In this document: positions 33,742 through 42,633 of the stretch, one piece after another
Position numbering within the stretch: the stretch's first letter is position 1
How the letters are laid out: every line of letters begins with the position of its first letter
From: an archaeon
GTDB taxonomy: Archaea; Aenigmatarchaeota; Aenigmatarchaeia; CG10238-14; SCSR01
Direction: 5' to 3'
DNA: 43,852 nucleotides
NCBI GenBank assembly: GCA_035288545.1
Contig: DATEAB010000011.1
Span: 1 to 43,852, forward strand
Translations under genes and position numbers: made by a program
The notes under the pieces: model-generated
Database searches by the model: none
What the model saw: the letters and a program-made list of their open reading frames with translations, nothing else
What the model was told of the DNA's origin: nothing

Positions 33742-36700
33742 ATGGATGGAGTCGACTTGAGCCAACGCGTGGAATTTTTGGGCAAGCAGGGACTTCGCAT
33801 ACCGAGGATTTTCACAAGGTCTGGTCAGGATCCGCTGCAGACGGTTGAATGGGAGTACCGCTCTTCTGCGATTAAAAACCCAGACGGCAGCGTAGTTTTT
33901 GAGATGGGCAACATCGAAGTCCCGAAATCTTGGTCGCAGGTCGCGCTCGACGTCACCGCCCAGAAATATTTCAAGAAGGCCAGCATTCCGCAGTTCGACA
34001 AAGATGGAAAGCAAATTTTCGACGAGTTCGGCAAGCCAGTGTTCGGGCCGGAAAGATCTGTCCGCCAAGTTTTGAAACGGCTTGCAGGATGCTGGAGGCA
34101 CTGGGGAGAGAAGTTCGGCTATTTCGCATCTCCGGAAGACGCGCAGGCTTTCGAGGAAGAGCTGCTATTCATGCTTGTTCATCAAACGGCTTCTCCCAAC
34201 TCGCCCCAATGGTTCAACACAGGACTGCACTGGGCCTACGGCGTGACAGGATCCAACAAGGGAGCGTGGTTCGTCGACCCGCTAACAAAGGAGCTTGTCC
34301 AGTCGCAAGACGAATATTCACACCCCCAAGCTCATGCATGTGCGGATTACTATACAATTGTTTATACAGATAACGGCCCGAGGTTTATTGGAGAAATTGT
34401 TGAAAATAATTTAATTGACAAAAAAGTTTTCGATGGTGAAAAGTTTGTAGAAATTCTTGCTACAAAATATAACGGAAAAAAGAAAGTTTACAAGATAAAA
34501 ACTAAGAATGGTAATTTTGTAGAACTTACTGGTGACCATCTCGTTTTTGCTTCTGAAACGCGGCTAAAAGATGGCGGAAAATATGCTTGGTTTCAAGTAC
34601 AGGAATTAAAACCGGAAATGAAAATTGTTCAACCAATAGTAAAGAATGCAGTTGAAAAAGAAGTTGACGAAAAAGAATTGGCAAAGGCCAGACTTGTCGG
34701 TTGGATAATAGGTGATGGTTTTTCAGGAAAACTAGGAGATTCTATAGGATTTCAAATAGTAACGGTTACCGCAGAGGAGCATGATTCAATAATAAAAGAT
34801 ATAAAAACTATTTTTGGAGAAGAAGTTTCCTATTGGGTGACTAAATTTGAAACGCAAAACAAGTCATTACAGGGAAAAAGAATAAATTTAGTTGGTGAAA
34901 AGGCAAAAACTTTCTTGTATAAATATAATCTATTAAATAAAACTTCTAGAACAGTAGAAGTGCCTGAAGAAATTTTAAAGAATAATGAACTAGTAATAAG
35001 AGAATTTTTAAAAGCACTTTTCCAAGCCGATGGCTGTGTAAGGATTAGAGAAAATTCAGGAAAAATAACTCTCACAACCGTTTCTGAAAAGCTTGCGTTT
35101 CAGATTTTGCAATTGTTAAATATTTTAGGAATATACTCGCGAATTAACATAGAAGAAGAGAAGAGAGAAAATAGAGCAAATCCGAACTATTTGAATATTT
35201 CATATGGAAATTCAAGAGAAATATTTCAACAATTAATTGGTTTCATTTCGTCTAACAAAATAGAAAAATTAGCACTGTTAAATAAAAGCGTCATGAATTC
35301 AAAAAACGTCCCTATTTTTAGAGAAGAAACAATTGTTAGTATTGAGGAAGTTGGAACACGAGATGTATATGACATACAAACAGAAAGCGGAAGATTTCTT
35401 GCAAATGGTATAATAGTCCACAACTGTTTCATCCAGCCTATAAATGATGATTTGCTCAATGAAGGCGGAATTTATGATCTCGTCAGAAAGGAAGCGCTTA
35501 TTTTCAAACACGGCAGCGGTAGCGGCACGAACTTTTCCACGCTGCGTGCCAAGGGGGAGCCGCTTTCCGGAGGTGGCGTTTCTTCCGGGCTGATGACCTT
35601 CCTGAAAATTTTCGATGTTTCGGCGAGCAGCGTCAAGTCTGGAGGCATCACGCGCCGAGCTGCAAAGATGGTTATTTTGAATATCGATCACCCGGAGATA
35701 GAGAATTTCATAAATTGGAAAGTCAATGAAGAAAGGAAAGTTGCGGCAATGGTTCTTGCAGGTTACTCGCCAGATTTCGAAGGAGAGGCCTACCAGACCG
35801 TTTCAGGTCAGAATTCCAACAACTCGGTGCGTGTGACTGACGACTTTGTCAATGCCGCGCTCAACAACAAGGACTGGAACTTGACTTGGAGGACGAATGG
35901 AAAAGTAGCGAAGACAGTGAAGGCAAGAGATTTGTGGAACCAGATAGCAAAAGCCGCGTGGGCATGCGCCGACCCCGGACTTCAGTTCGACACAACTTGC
36001 AACGACTGGAACACATGTCCAGCGACTGATAGAATAAATGCAACAAACCCGTGTAGTGAATTTAATTTTCTTGATAACACAGCATGCAATCTCTCTTCAA
36101 TTAATTTGTTAAAATTCTTTGATTATGAAACTGCAACTTTTGACGTCGAGTCTTTCAAGCACGTCGTGCGTTTGTGGACAATTGTTCTGGAAATTTCTGT
36201 TTTGATGGCTCAGCTTCCTAGCAAGGAGATTGCGCAGCGTACGTATGAGACGAGAAGTCTCGGCCTCGGCTATACAAATCTCGGAGCGATGCTCATGGTT
36301 GCAGGCATTCCATACGATTCTAACGAGGCAAGAGCAATTTCTGCTGCAATTACGGCAATAATGACTGGTGAATCGTACGCAACTTCTGCAGAGATGGCAA
36401 GCTTCCTTGGTCCTTTTACCGAGTATGAAAAAAACAGAGAGCACATGCTACGTGTTATAAGAAATCATCGCCGCGCTGTTTACAATGCAAAACCTGAAGA
36501 ATATGAAAATATTTCGATTGTTCCGCAAGGAATTAATCACAAAATATGTCCACCATATTTGCTCGAAGCTGCAATAGAAAGCTGGGATCGCGCGCTGCAA
36601 CTTGGCGAGAAATATGGCTTTCGCAATGCGCAGTCGACTCTCATCGCCCCGACCGGAACTATCAGCCTGCAGATGGATTGCGATACGACAGGAATAGAGC

Positions 36701-38073
36701 CAGATTTTGCTATTGTAAAATTCAAGAAGCTTGTGGGCGGCGGCTTCTTCAAGCTCATCAACCAATCTGTCGTGCCTGCATTGAAACGGCTTGGCTACAC
36801 AACAGAACAAATTGGAGAAATAATTCAATACACGCTAGGAAAAAACACTTTCAGAGGAGCGCCTTACATAAACGACTTCTCACTGCGGACTAAGGGATTC
36901 ACTGACGAGGAAATTGCGAAGTTGGAAAAAATATTGCCAGGTGTTTTTGACCTGAATCAGGTTTTCACTTTTTGGAACTTAGGAAAGGAAACGATTGAAC
37001 GACTTGGATTCACCGAAGAGCAATACAACAAATCGAATTTCAACTTTCTGAAGGAACTTGGATTCAGCTCAGAAGAAATCGAAGCAGCGGGCGAATACGC
37101 TTGCGGCACGGTGACTCTTGAAGGAGCGCCTCACTTGAAGGAGGAGCATTACGCGATTTTCGACTGCGCGAACAAATGCGGAAAGAAGGGAAAGCGCTTC
37201 ATCGACTACATGGCGCATGTCAAGATGATGGCCGCCGCTCAGCCTTTCCTGTCAGGCTCGATCAGCAAGACAATCAACATGCCGAACGAGGCGGCTGTCG
37301 AGGACGTGCAAAAAGTTTATATCGAAAGCTGGAAACTCGGACTGAAGTCGATTGCGCTTTATCGCGATGGAAGCAAGCTGTCGCAGCCGCTGAACGCGCT
37401 GGCAGAGAGAGAAAAGAAAAAAGAAGAGGAAAAAATCGCAATTGTAAGGCCAGTTAGAAAGAGACTTCCAGATGAACGCCGTTCCGTCACGCACAAATTC
37501 CAAGTCGGCAACCAAGAAGGCTACATAACAGTTGGTCTTTATGAGGACGGAAGTCCGGGAGAAATTTTCATACAGATGGCGAAGGAAGGCAGCACGCTTT
37601 CCGGGCTGATGGACGCGTTTGCCCTCTCCATCGCGATGTCGCTCCAATACGGCGTGCCGCTGAAAGTCCTCGTGAACAAGTTCATTCATTATCGCTTCGA
37701 GCCTTCTGGATGGACAAACAACCCACAGATACAAATTGCGAAATCGATTGTCGATTACATTTTCCGCTGGCTTGCGCTGAAGTTCCTGCCTGAAGAAGAA
37801 CTTGATAGTATTGGAATAAACCTGAACAAAATAAACGGAACGAATGGAGCTAATGGGGAGCATATATCAAAACCTGCCCAAGAACCGGTCGACATAAAGC
37901 CAATAACAGAATTCACTCGCGAGACGTCGAATGTAAAAATCGAAACTCCAGACGAGATTAAATTTGAAAATAACACGGATGCCACTGCCTGCGACTATTG
38001 CGGCTCGCTGATGATAAGAAGCGGCTCGTGTTATCTTTGCCTTAACTGCGGCGCGACAAGCGGATGTTCCTAG
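33742..38073 (+). CDS. nrdJ: Class II (adenosylcobalamin-type) ribonucleotide reductase NrdJ, containing an intein
   Basis: Motifs VEWEYRSS..NPDGSVVFE..VEVPKSWSQVALDVTAQKYF, HA|CFIQPINDD (interrupted by the intein), NPCSEFNFLDNTACNLSSINL and LIAPTGTISL. The C-terminal Zn ribbon is CDYCGS...CLNCG. 1443 aa including the intein. Confidence 0.92.
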   Translation: MDGVDLSQRVEFLGKQGLRIPRIFTRSGQDPLQTVEWEYRSSAIKNPDGSVVFEMGNIEVPKSWSQVALDVTAQKYFKKASIPQFDKDGKQIFDEFGKPVFGPERSVRQVLKRLAGCWRHWGEKFGYFASPEDAQAFEEELLFMLVHQTASPNSPQWFNTGLHWAYGVTGSNKGAWFVDPLTKELVQSQDEYSHPQAHACADYYTIVYTDNGPRFIGEIVENNLIDKKVFDGEKFVEILATKYNGKKKVYKIKTKNGNFVELTGDHLVFASETRLKDGGKYAWFQVQELKPEMKIVQPIVKNAVEKEVDEKELAKARLVGWIIGDGFSGKLGDSIGFQIVTVTAEEHDSIIKDIKTIFGEEVSYWVTKFETQNKSLQGKRINLVGEKAKTFLYKYNLLNKTSRTVEVPEEILKNNELVIREFLKALFQADGCVRIRENSGKITLTTVSEKLAFQILQLLNILGIYSRINIEEEKRENRANPNYLNISYGNSREIFQQLIGFISSNKIEKLALLNKSVMNSKNVPIFREETIVSIEEVGTRDVYDIQTESGRFLANGIIVHNCFIQPINDDLLNEGGIYDLVRKEALIFKHGSGSGTNFSTLRAKGEPLSGGGVSSGLMTFLKIFDVSASSVKSGGITRRAAKMVILNIDHPEIENFINWKVNEERKVAAMVLAGYSPDFEGEAYQTVSGQNSNNSVRVTDDFVNAALNNKDWNLTWRTNGKVAKTVKARDLWNQIAKAAWACADPGLQFDTTCNDWNTCPATDRINATNPCSEFNFLDNTACNLSSINLLKFFDYETATFDVESFKHVVRLWTIVLEISVLMAQLPSKEIAQRTYETRSLGLGYTNLGAMLMVAGIPYDSNEARAISAAITAIMTGESYATSAEMASFLGPFTEYEKNREHMLRVIRNHRRAVYNAKPEEYENISIVPQGINHKICPPYLLEAAIESWDRALQLGEKYGFRNAQSTLIAPTGTISLQMDCDTTGIEPDFAIVKFKKLVGGGFFKLINQSVVPALKRLGYTTEQIGEIIQYTLGKNTFRGAPYINDFSLRTKGFTDEEIAKLEKILPGVFDLNQVFTFWNLGKETIERLGFTEEQYNKSNFNFLKELGFSSEEIEAAGEYACGTVTLEGAPHLKEEHYAIFDCANKCGKKGKRFIDYMAHVKMMAAAQPFLSGSISKTINMPNEAAVEDVQKVYIESWKLGLKSIALYRDGSKLSQPLNALAEREKKKEEEKIAIVRPVRKRLPDERRSVTHKFQVGNQEGYITVGLYEDGSPGEIFIQMAKEGSTLSGLMDAFALSIAMSLQYGVPLKVLVNKFIHYRFEPSGWTNNPQIQIAKSIVDYIFRWLALKFLPEEELDSIGINLNKINGTNGANGEHISKPAQEPVDIKPITEFTRETSNVKIETPDEIKFENNTDATACDYCGSLMIRSGSCYLCLNCGATSGCS
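34339..35424 (+). mobile_element. Class 1 intein with a LAGLIDADG homing-endonuclease domain (362 aa) inside nrdJ
   Basis: Cys1 (CADYYTIVYTDNG), block B LTGDH, two LAGLIDADG motifs (LVGWIIGDGF and LKALFQADGCV), block F/G VYDIQTESGRFLANGIIVHN, then +1 Cys (CFIQP). A 60-nt sample hand-counts at about 25% G+C, so it is strongly AT-rich relative to the flanking extein. Confidence 0.9.
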
Positions 38074-38127
38074 TTTGGAAGTTATCAAATCTTAAATTTT
38101 TATGTAACTATCACAGAATTACTATTT

Positions 38128-38616
38128 ATGATTTCTTCGAAAGCAAAGAAAATTCTTCTAGTCAGTGCCGTTGTCGTTTTAACAGGACTTCTTTACGGAA
38201 TTTTGGAAGCATTATTAAAATTTCCACCGAACGTTCCGCGAAATTGGCCTTACGGATATTTCTATGCAATCGGAGTTTATGTTGCAGCTTCTTTGGTCGT
38301 CTGTTATGTGTTGAGAAAATATAGTTTGTTATCAAAATTCTCAAGATTGTCAAAATTTTCTCTTGTTCGCTTGTTCGTTTTCCTAATTCTCTGGATAACA
38401 GTTGAGGATTTCTCTTATTGGGTTGTAGAAAGGGCGGTTTTGCCTTGGAAGCTTGAAAATCCATTTCCTGTAAACAATTGGTGGGCAGATTATTTCTTCT
38501 TCATCGGAGCTATTGCGGGCACCCCTTTCCTTTTCAGCATGCCTCTTTTTTATTTCATTACCGCAGCAATTTTCGCGCTCTACCTAATATTCGAATTGAA
38601 AATCCGCAAATCTTAG
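38128..38616 (+). CDS. Hypothetical membrane protein (about 4 TM)
   Basis: Hydrophobic segments (LLVSAVVVLTGLLYGIL, YFYAIGVYVAASLVVCYVL, LFVFLILWITV, FITAAIFALYLIF). No motif recognised. Confidence 0.55.
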   Translation: MISSKAKKILLVSAVVVLTGLLYGILEALLKFPPNVPRNWPYGYFYAIGVYVAASLVVCYVLRKYSLLSKFSRLSKFSLVRLFVFLILWITVEDFSYWVVERAVLPWKLENPFPVNNWWADYFFFIGAIAGTPFLFSMPLFYFITAAIFALYLIFELKIRKS

Positions 38617-38628
38617 ATTCGACTGCGT

Positions 38629-38928
38629 TTAAAATCTCAGCAAATATCTTGCGAGTGAGTAAATTCCTTTCAACAGTACAATCCAGCCGAGAGTTGTGAA
38701 GAAGCCGAAGAACCAGCCGACTGCAATAAATGTAAATGTTATTCCTGCAAATACGTCGACGAATCCCATCCAGTCGAAAAAGTAGTGGACTGAGAAGCTC
38801 GATATCAGGGAAAACAGGCCTTTCAGCAAGAATAGCACTGCCAGGTATCCAGCAAGCCATGGCGCGTTGAACAAAATGAAAACTCCTGCCAGAATGTCGA
38901 CGACTGCCAGTATTCCTACCAACACCAT
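38629..38928 (-). CDS. Hypothetical small membrane protein (3 TM)
   Basis: 99 aa, almost entirely hydrophobic helices (VLVGILAVVDILAGVFILF, LAGYLAVLFLL, ITFTFIAVGWFFGFF). Confidence 0.55.
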   Translation of the reverse strand: MVLVGILAVVDILAGVFILFNAPWLAGYLAVLFLLKGLFSLISSFSVHYFFDWMGFVDVFAGITFTFIAVGWFFGFFTTLGWIVLLKGIYSLARYLLRF

Positions 38929-38995
38929 AATTATCTAATTTTATGCACAGAAGATAAGGATTTAAGCTAGACTATTCGAAACTATTTTTCGCCGG

Positions 38996-39109
38996 CTACT
39001 TCAGAATTTGCATCTGCTTCTTCCTTCGCGCGAAGCCCTTTTTGTAAACACGCCTGTCTTTCTTCTTTTTGTGCTTTGCCTCGCTGTAGTCCCAGTATTC
39101 GCCCATCAT
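38996..39109 (-). CDS. Possible 37-aa Lys/Arg-rich micro-protein (too short for the ORF track)
   Basis: My hand translation of the minus strand gives MMGEYWDYSEAKHKKKKDRRVYKKGFARRKKQMQILK and then a stop. It lies 36 nt downstream of the cysS stop and is preceded by GAAGTGA-type purine motifs. This is a speculative call. Confidence 0.3.
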   Translation of the reverse strand: MMGEYWDYSEAKHKKKKDRRVYKKGFARRKKQMQILK

Positions 39110-39145
39110 TTTCACTTCTTGATTCACTTCTCGATTTTCTTAATT

Positions 39146-40510
39146 CTATTTCTTAAACTTCTTCACTCTCGGTCCTTTCTTAGTGTCTTCAACCGCATAA
39201 CCAGCCTGCTTGATTTTTTCACGGAGCTCGTCGGCTTTTTTGAAATCGTCGTCCTGCCTGGCCTTTTCCCTGCTTTTAACAAGCTCTGCAATTTCCTTTG
39301 GAATCCTTTCCTCTTCCGCTTCGGTGATAATTGAGAAAATTTCATCAATCTCCTTCATGAATGCGTAAGCTTTCTTGCCTCCGCCGGCTTTGTTGACTTT
39401 GCGAACGAAATCGAAAATGACTGCAACGGCGCGCGGCGTGTCGAAATCGTCGTCCATTGCTTCCGTGAATTCTTTCCTGGTCTTCTCTATCAGCTCCGCG
39501 TCAAAACTGTCTTTCCCGTTTTTTACCTTCTGCATGAATTCGTTGAGCTTTTCCAAACCTTTTCTTGCCTTGTCCAAACTTTTTTCTGAATAATCTATCG
39601 GGCTGCGGTAGTGTGCCGAGATGTAGAAAAACCTCAATTCCTGCAGCGTCCAGCTTTTAAGCGCGTCCTTGATTGTGACGAAGTTTCCAAGCGACTTTGC
39701 CATCTTCTGCCCGTTGACAGTCAGAAATCCGGTGTGGAGCCAGTATCTTACAAACGGCTTCTTTCCTGACGCGGCCTCCATTTGTGCGATCTCTGCCTCG
39801 TGATGAGGAAATATAAGGTCGCGCGCCCCGCCGTGCATGTCGTACTGGGGACCGAAATGACTTTCCGTTATCGCCGTGTCTTCTATATGCCATCCAGGCC
39901 TTCCGGAAAATCCGAACGGCGAGTCCCATTTAGGCTCGTCAGATTTTGATTTTTTCCACAATGCGAAATCGCCCTTGTTTTTCTTCTGCACGCTCTCGTC
40001 AATTCTTGTCACAGAATCTTCCGCCTCGAGAGTAGTTCGTCCTGATAACTTTCCATACTCCTTGAACTTTGACAAGTCAAAATAAATCCCGTCGTCGATT
40101 TTGTATGCAAAGCCCTTCTTCATCAGAGTCTCCACCTGCGCCAATATGGTCTTGATGAAATCAGTCGCTCGAGCATACTTGCTAACGCCAGTTATTTCCA
40201 AACTTTCCATGTCTTCGTAGTATTCCTTTTCGAACTTTGCTGCCAATTCCTTCGGCGAGACTCTGACTTCTTTTGCGCTCTGGATTATTTTGTCATCCAG
40301 GTCCGTGATGTTTTGCAGATAGAAAACGTCGAAACCGACATGCCTTAGGTATCTGGCAATCACGTCGAACTGCACATACGTTTTGGCATGACCGATATGA
40401 GATTGGTCGTAAACTGTCGGCCCGCAAACGAACATCTTGACTTTCTTTTCTCGCATCGGTTTGAAAGCTTCCTTCTTTCTTGTCATCGTGTTGAAAACTT
40501 TTAGAGTCAT
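39146..40510 (-). CDS. cysS: Cysteinyl-tRNA synthetase
   Basis: HIGH region CGPTVYDQSHIGHAKT and KMSKS region KMAKSLGN. The N-terminus MTLKVFNTMTRKKEAFKP matches the usual CysRS start, so I prefer Met4 (40510) to the tracked 40519. Confidence 0.93.
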   Translation of the reverse strand: MTLKVFNTMTRKKEAFKPMREKKVKMFVCGPTVYDQSHIGHAKTYVQFDVIARYLRHVGFDVFYLQNITDLDDKIIQSAKEVRVSPKELAAKFEKEYYEDMESLEITGVSKYARATDFIKTILAQVETLMKKGFAYKIDDGIYFDLSKFKEYGKLSGRTTLEAEDSVTRIDESVQKKNKGDFALWKKSKSDEPKWDSPFGFSGRPGWHIEDTAITESHFGPQYDMHGGARDLIFPHHEAEIAQMEAASGKKPFVRYWLHTGFLTVNGQKMAKSLGNFVTIKDALKSWTLQELRFFYISAHYRSPIDYSEKSLDKARKGLEKLNEFMQKVKNGKDSFDAELIEKTRKEFTEAMDDDFDTPRAVAVIFDFVRKVNKAGGGKKAYAFMKEIDEIFSIITEAEEERIPKEIAELVKSREKARQDDDFKKADELREKIKQAGYAVEDTKKGPRVKKFKK

Positions 40511-40538
40511 ACTTATCATTTATTTTTATTTAGTAAGA

Positions 40539-40612
40539 AGCTCGGGGCGAGATTTGAACTCGCAATCTTCCGCTCTGCAGGCGGACGCTTTACCGGATTC
40601 AGCCACCCGAGC
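40539..40612 (-). tRNA. tRNA-Cys (anticodon GCA)
   Basis: The hand-folded minus strand gives: acceptor GCTCGGG/CCCGAGC, D arm GCT(G)...(A)AGC with a GG loop, anticodon stem TCCGC/GCGGA with loop CT-GCA-GA, variable AGATT, T arm GCGAG-TTCAAAT-CTCGC, and discriminator U73. 74 nt, with no encoded CCA. Confidence 0.9.
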
Positions 40613-40667
40613 ATCATTTCTCCCTTCTACAACTGCTATAACAAATTATCGATTGCAGGGGCTATAT

Positions 40668-41513
40668 TTAAAGTCGCCTCTTTTTCTTTACCCTAGCTTT
40701 AACAAGAATCGTCTTCTCTTCTATCAATTCCTTTCTTAACAATTCTCCTTTCACGATTTCGTTCGCAATTATTCTAGCGTTGTCGGGAAGTCTTTCAAAA
40801 TAGTTTTTAGTTGCAGCTATGGCGCGCGTTTTCAATAGGTGCGATTCAAAATCATCTGCCATCTCTGGAGTTGGAATTTGAAATTCAATGTTACCAAAGC
40901 CATACGATTCGAGTGCAGTATGCAGCGAATTCTCGCTCTGAGGAACAAAACCCATTATTTTTTCTGCAGTTCGTCCGTTGTAATATTCAGGAAGTCTGTT
41001 AATTACAGCGTTCATTGCGTCAATCATTGGCCCAAAAGTGCCATGCAAGATTGTCATTAAGCCCAGATCTCCGTCATCTTTCAATATTCTATTAAATTCT
41101 CCAAGAGCGACATTAGGATTTTTGAACCACTGATATCCATGACCACTAATTATTTTGTTTACTGAATCGCTTCGAATAGGGAGATTTTCCACACTGCCCA
41201 AAATGAAACGAGCATTATAGACTTGCTTCTCCCTCTGCAGGCGTTGTGCCAAGCTAATCATGTCAGGAGCGAGATCAATTCCATCAACAAATCCATTTCT
41301 TAATCTCAGCGCTATTGTGTCTAAGGTTTCTTTACCTGTACCAGACGGCGCATCGACCACATAGTCATTGTCTCTCACATCCAACATATCGCAAAGCTGT
41401 TGATAATGAGCATCTCTCTGCGGTCTATCAACTGAACGCGAATATTCATCTGCCCATCCTGCAAAATGATTCCCATTTTTCTTTATCCTCGTTATTAATT
41501 CCAAACTCAACAT
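40668..41513 (-). CDS. Class I SAM-dependent methyltransferase of unknown substrate
   Basis: Motif I VVDAPSGTGKETLD, then DGIDLAPDMI and ILKDDGDLGL. I place the start at Met20 (41513), 19 nt after the upstream gene's stop. The tracked 41570 would overlap that gene by 38 nt. Confidence 0.75.
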   Translation of the reverse strand: MLSLELITRIKKNGNHFAGWADEYSRSVDRPQRDAHYQQLCDMLDVRDNDYVVDAPSGTGKETLDTIALRLRNGFVDGIDLAPDMISLAQRLQREKQVYNARFILGSVENLPIRSDSVNKIISGHGYQWFKNPNVALGEFNRILKDDGDLGLMTILHGTFGPMIDAMNAVINRLPEYYNGRTAEKIMGFVPQSENSLHTALESYGFGNIEFQIPTPEMADDFESHLLKTRAIAATKNYFERLPDNARIIANEIVKGELLRKELIEEKTILVKARVKKKRRL

Positions 41514-41532
41514 CTTTCCACCCTGCAGAACT

Positions 41533-42633
41533 TCACGAACTGGTAAAACCGTTTTCCTTAAGCCATTCATCGGAATAAAATTTGCTTAAGTAGCGATCTC
41601 CGCGATCGGGAAGAATTACTACGACAACCGCGTTTTCATCCAGATCTTTTTCTTTCGCAAGTTTCAGAGCAGCAAAAACAGCAGCACCGCTCGAACCGCC
41701 GGCTAGGATTCCTTCCTTTCTCGCCAGTTCTTTCGCCACTTCAAACGCTGTTTCGTCAGTCACAGTAACAATTTCGTCAACAATGCTCAGGTCAATCGTC
41801 GCCGGCATGAAGTCTTCGCCAATTCCCTCAACTTTGTAGCTGTGGACATCGCCTTTCGTGCCGTAAAATTCGTGATGATACATTGAACCTTCCGGATCGA
41901 CTCCGATAATTTTCACTTCAGGATTTTTTTCTTTCAGGAAATACGCAATGCCGGTAATCGTCCCGCCAGTCCCCATCCCTGCAACGACATGAGTTACTTT
42001 TCCGCCAGTCTGCTTCCAAATTTCCGGCCCCGTAGTTTCATAGTGTGCCAGAGGGTTGTTCGGATTGAAATATTGGTTTGGCATCCACGCATTCGGCAGC
42101 TTCATGACAATGTTCTTCGCGACCTGTATGTAACTTTTCGGGTCGTCTGGCGCAACATTTGTTGGGGTTCGAATAATTTCCGCCCCGTACGCCCGTAGCA
42201 GCAATTCTTTTTCCTTGCTCATCTTGTCAGGCATAGTGAAAATTATTTTGTAACCTTTCAGCGCAGCAGACATAGCAAGCCCGACACCAGTATTACCTGA
42301 AGTCGGCTCAACAATTATTCCGCCAGGTCTCAGCAACCCGCGTTTCTCTGCATCCTCAATCATCTTTACTCCAATTCTGTCCTTAACACTTCCACCAGGA
42401 TTCATAAATTCCAGCTTCAGATAAATTGCTGCCTTAAGACCTTTTGAAAGATTGTTTAGCTTGACAAGAGGAGTATTGCCTATTGCTTGCGTTATATTTT
42501 CAAAAACATTTTTTGCCGCAGATTGGGATACGAGAAGATTTTTAATTTTCGAGACGGTTTCAACAGAGAAAGAAAAATGATTAGCAGAACTAGAATTATT
42601 CGCTTTCTTATTGTGCTGAGCAAAGGCGCTCAA
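41533..42633 (-). CDS. cysK: PLP-dependent cysteine synthase / cystathionine beta-synthase-family enzyme (CysK/CysM-like)
   Basis: IGNTPLVKL, the PLP-lysine block NPGGSVKDRIG, PTSGNTGVGLA and GMGTGGTITG. A low-complexity N-terminal extension of about 45 aa comes before the conserved core, so the true start is uncertain. Confidence 0.85.
   Translation of the reverse strand: MSAFAQHNKKANNSSSANHFSFSVETVSKIKNLLVSQSAAKNVFENITQAIGNTPLVKLNNLSKGLKAAIYLKLEFMNPGGSVKDRIGVKMIEDAEKRGLLRPGGIIVEPTSGNTGVGLAMSAALKGYKIIFTMPDKMSKEKELLLRAYGAEIIRTPTNVAPDDPKSYIQVAKNIVMKLPNAWMPNQYFNPNNPLAHYETTGPEIWKQTGGKVTHVVAGMGTGGTITGIAYFLKEKNPEVKIIGVDPEGSMYHHEFYGTKGDVHSYKVEGIGEDFMPATIDLSIVDEIVTVTDETAFEVAKELARKEGILAGGSSGAAVFAALKLAKEKDLDENAVVVVILPDRGDRYLSKFYSDEWLKENGFTSS

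Noticed and set aside
33720-33745. C/D-box sRNA signals: TGATGA at 33733-33738 and CTGA motifs in the tandem repeat.
   Set aside because: The order and spacing are wrong. The CTGA motifs lie about 200 nt upstream of the C-like box, and no D box lies 50-70 nt downstream. There is no terminal stem and no C'/D' pair.
36880-37090. Triplicated GF(T/S)xEE(I/Q) segments in NrdJ (KGFTDEEIAKL, LGFTEEQYNK, LGFSSEEIEAA), considered as a second insertion or intein.
   Set aside because: There are no intein splice-junction residues or endonuclease motifs. As far as I recall, the region resembles a helical insert present in other long archaeal and Thermotoga-type class II RNRs.
39008-39334. 108-aa plus-strand ORF spanning the cysS 3' end and the micro-ORF region.
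   Set aside because: It is antisense to cysS and to the basic micro-ORF, has a Leu/Phe-rich low-complexity composition and carries no motif. It is a shadow ORF.
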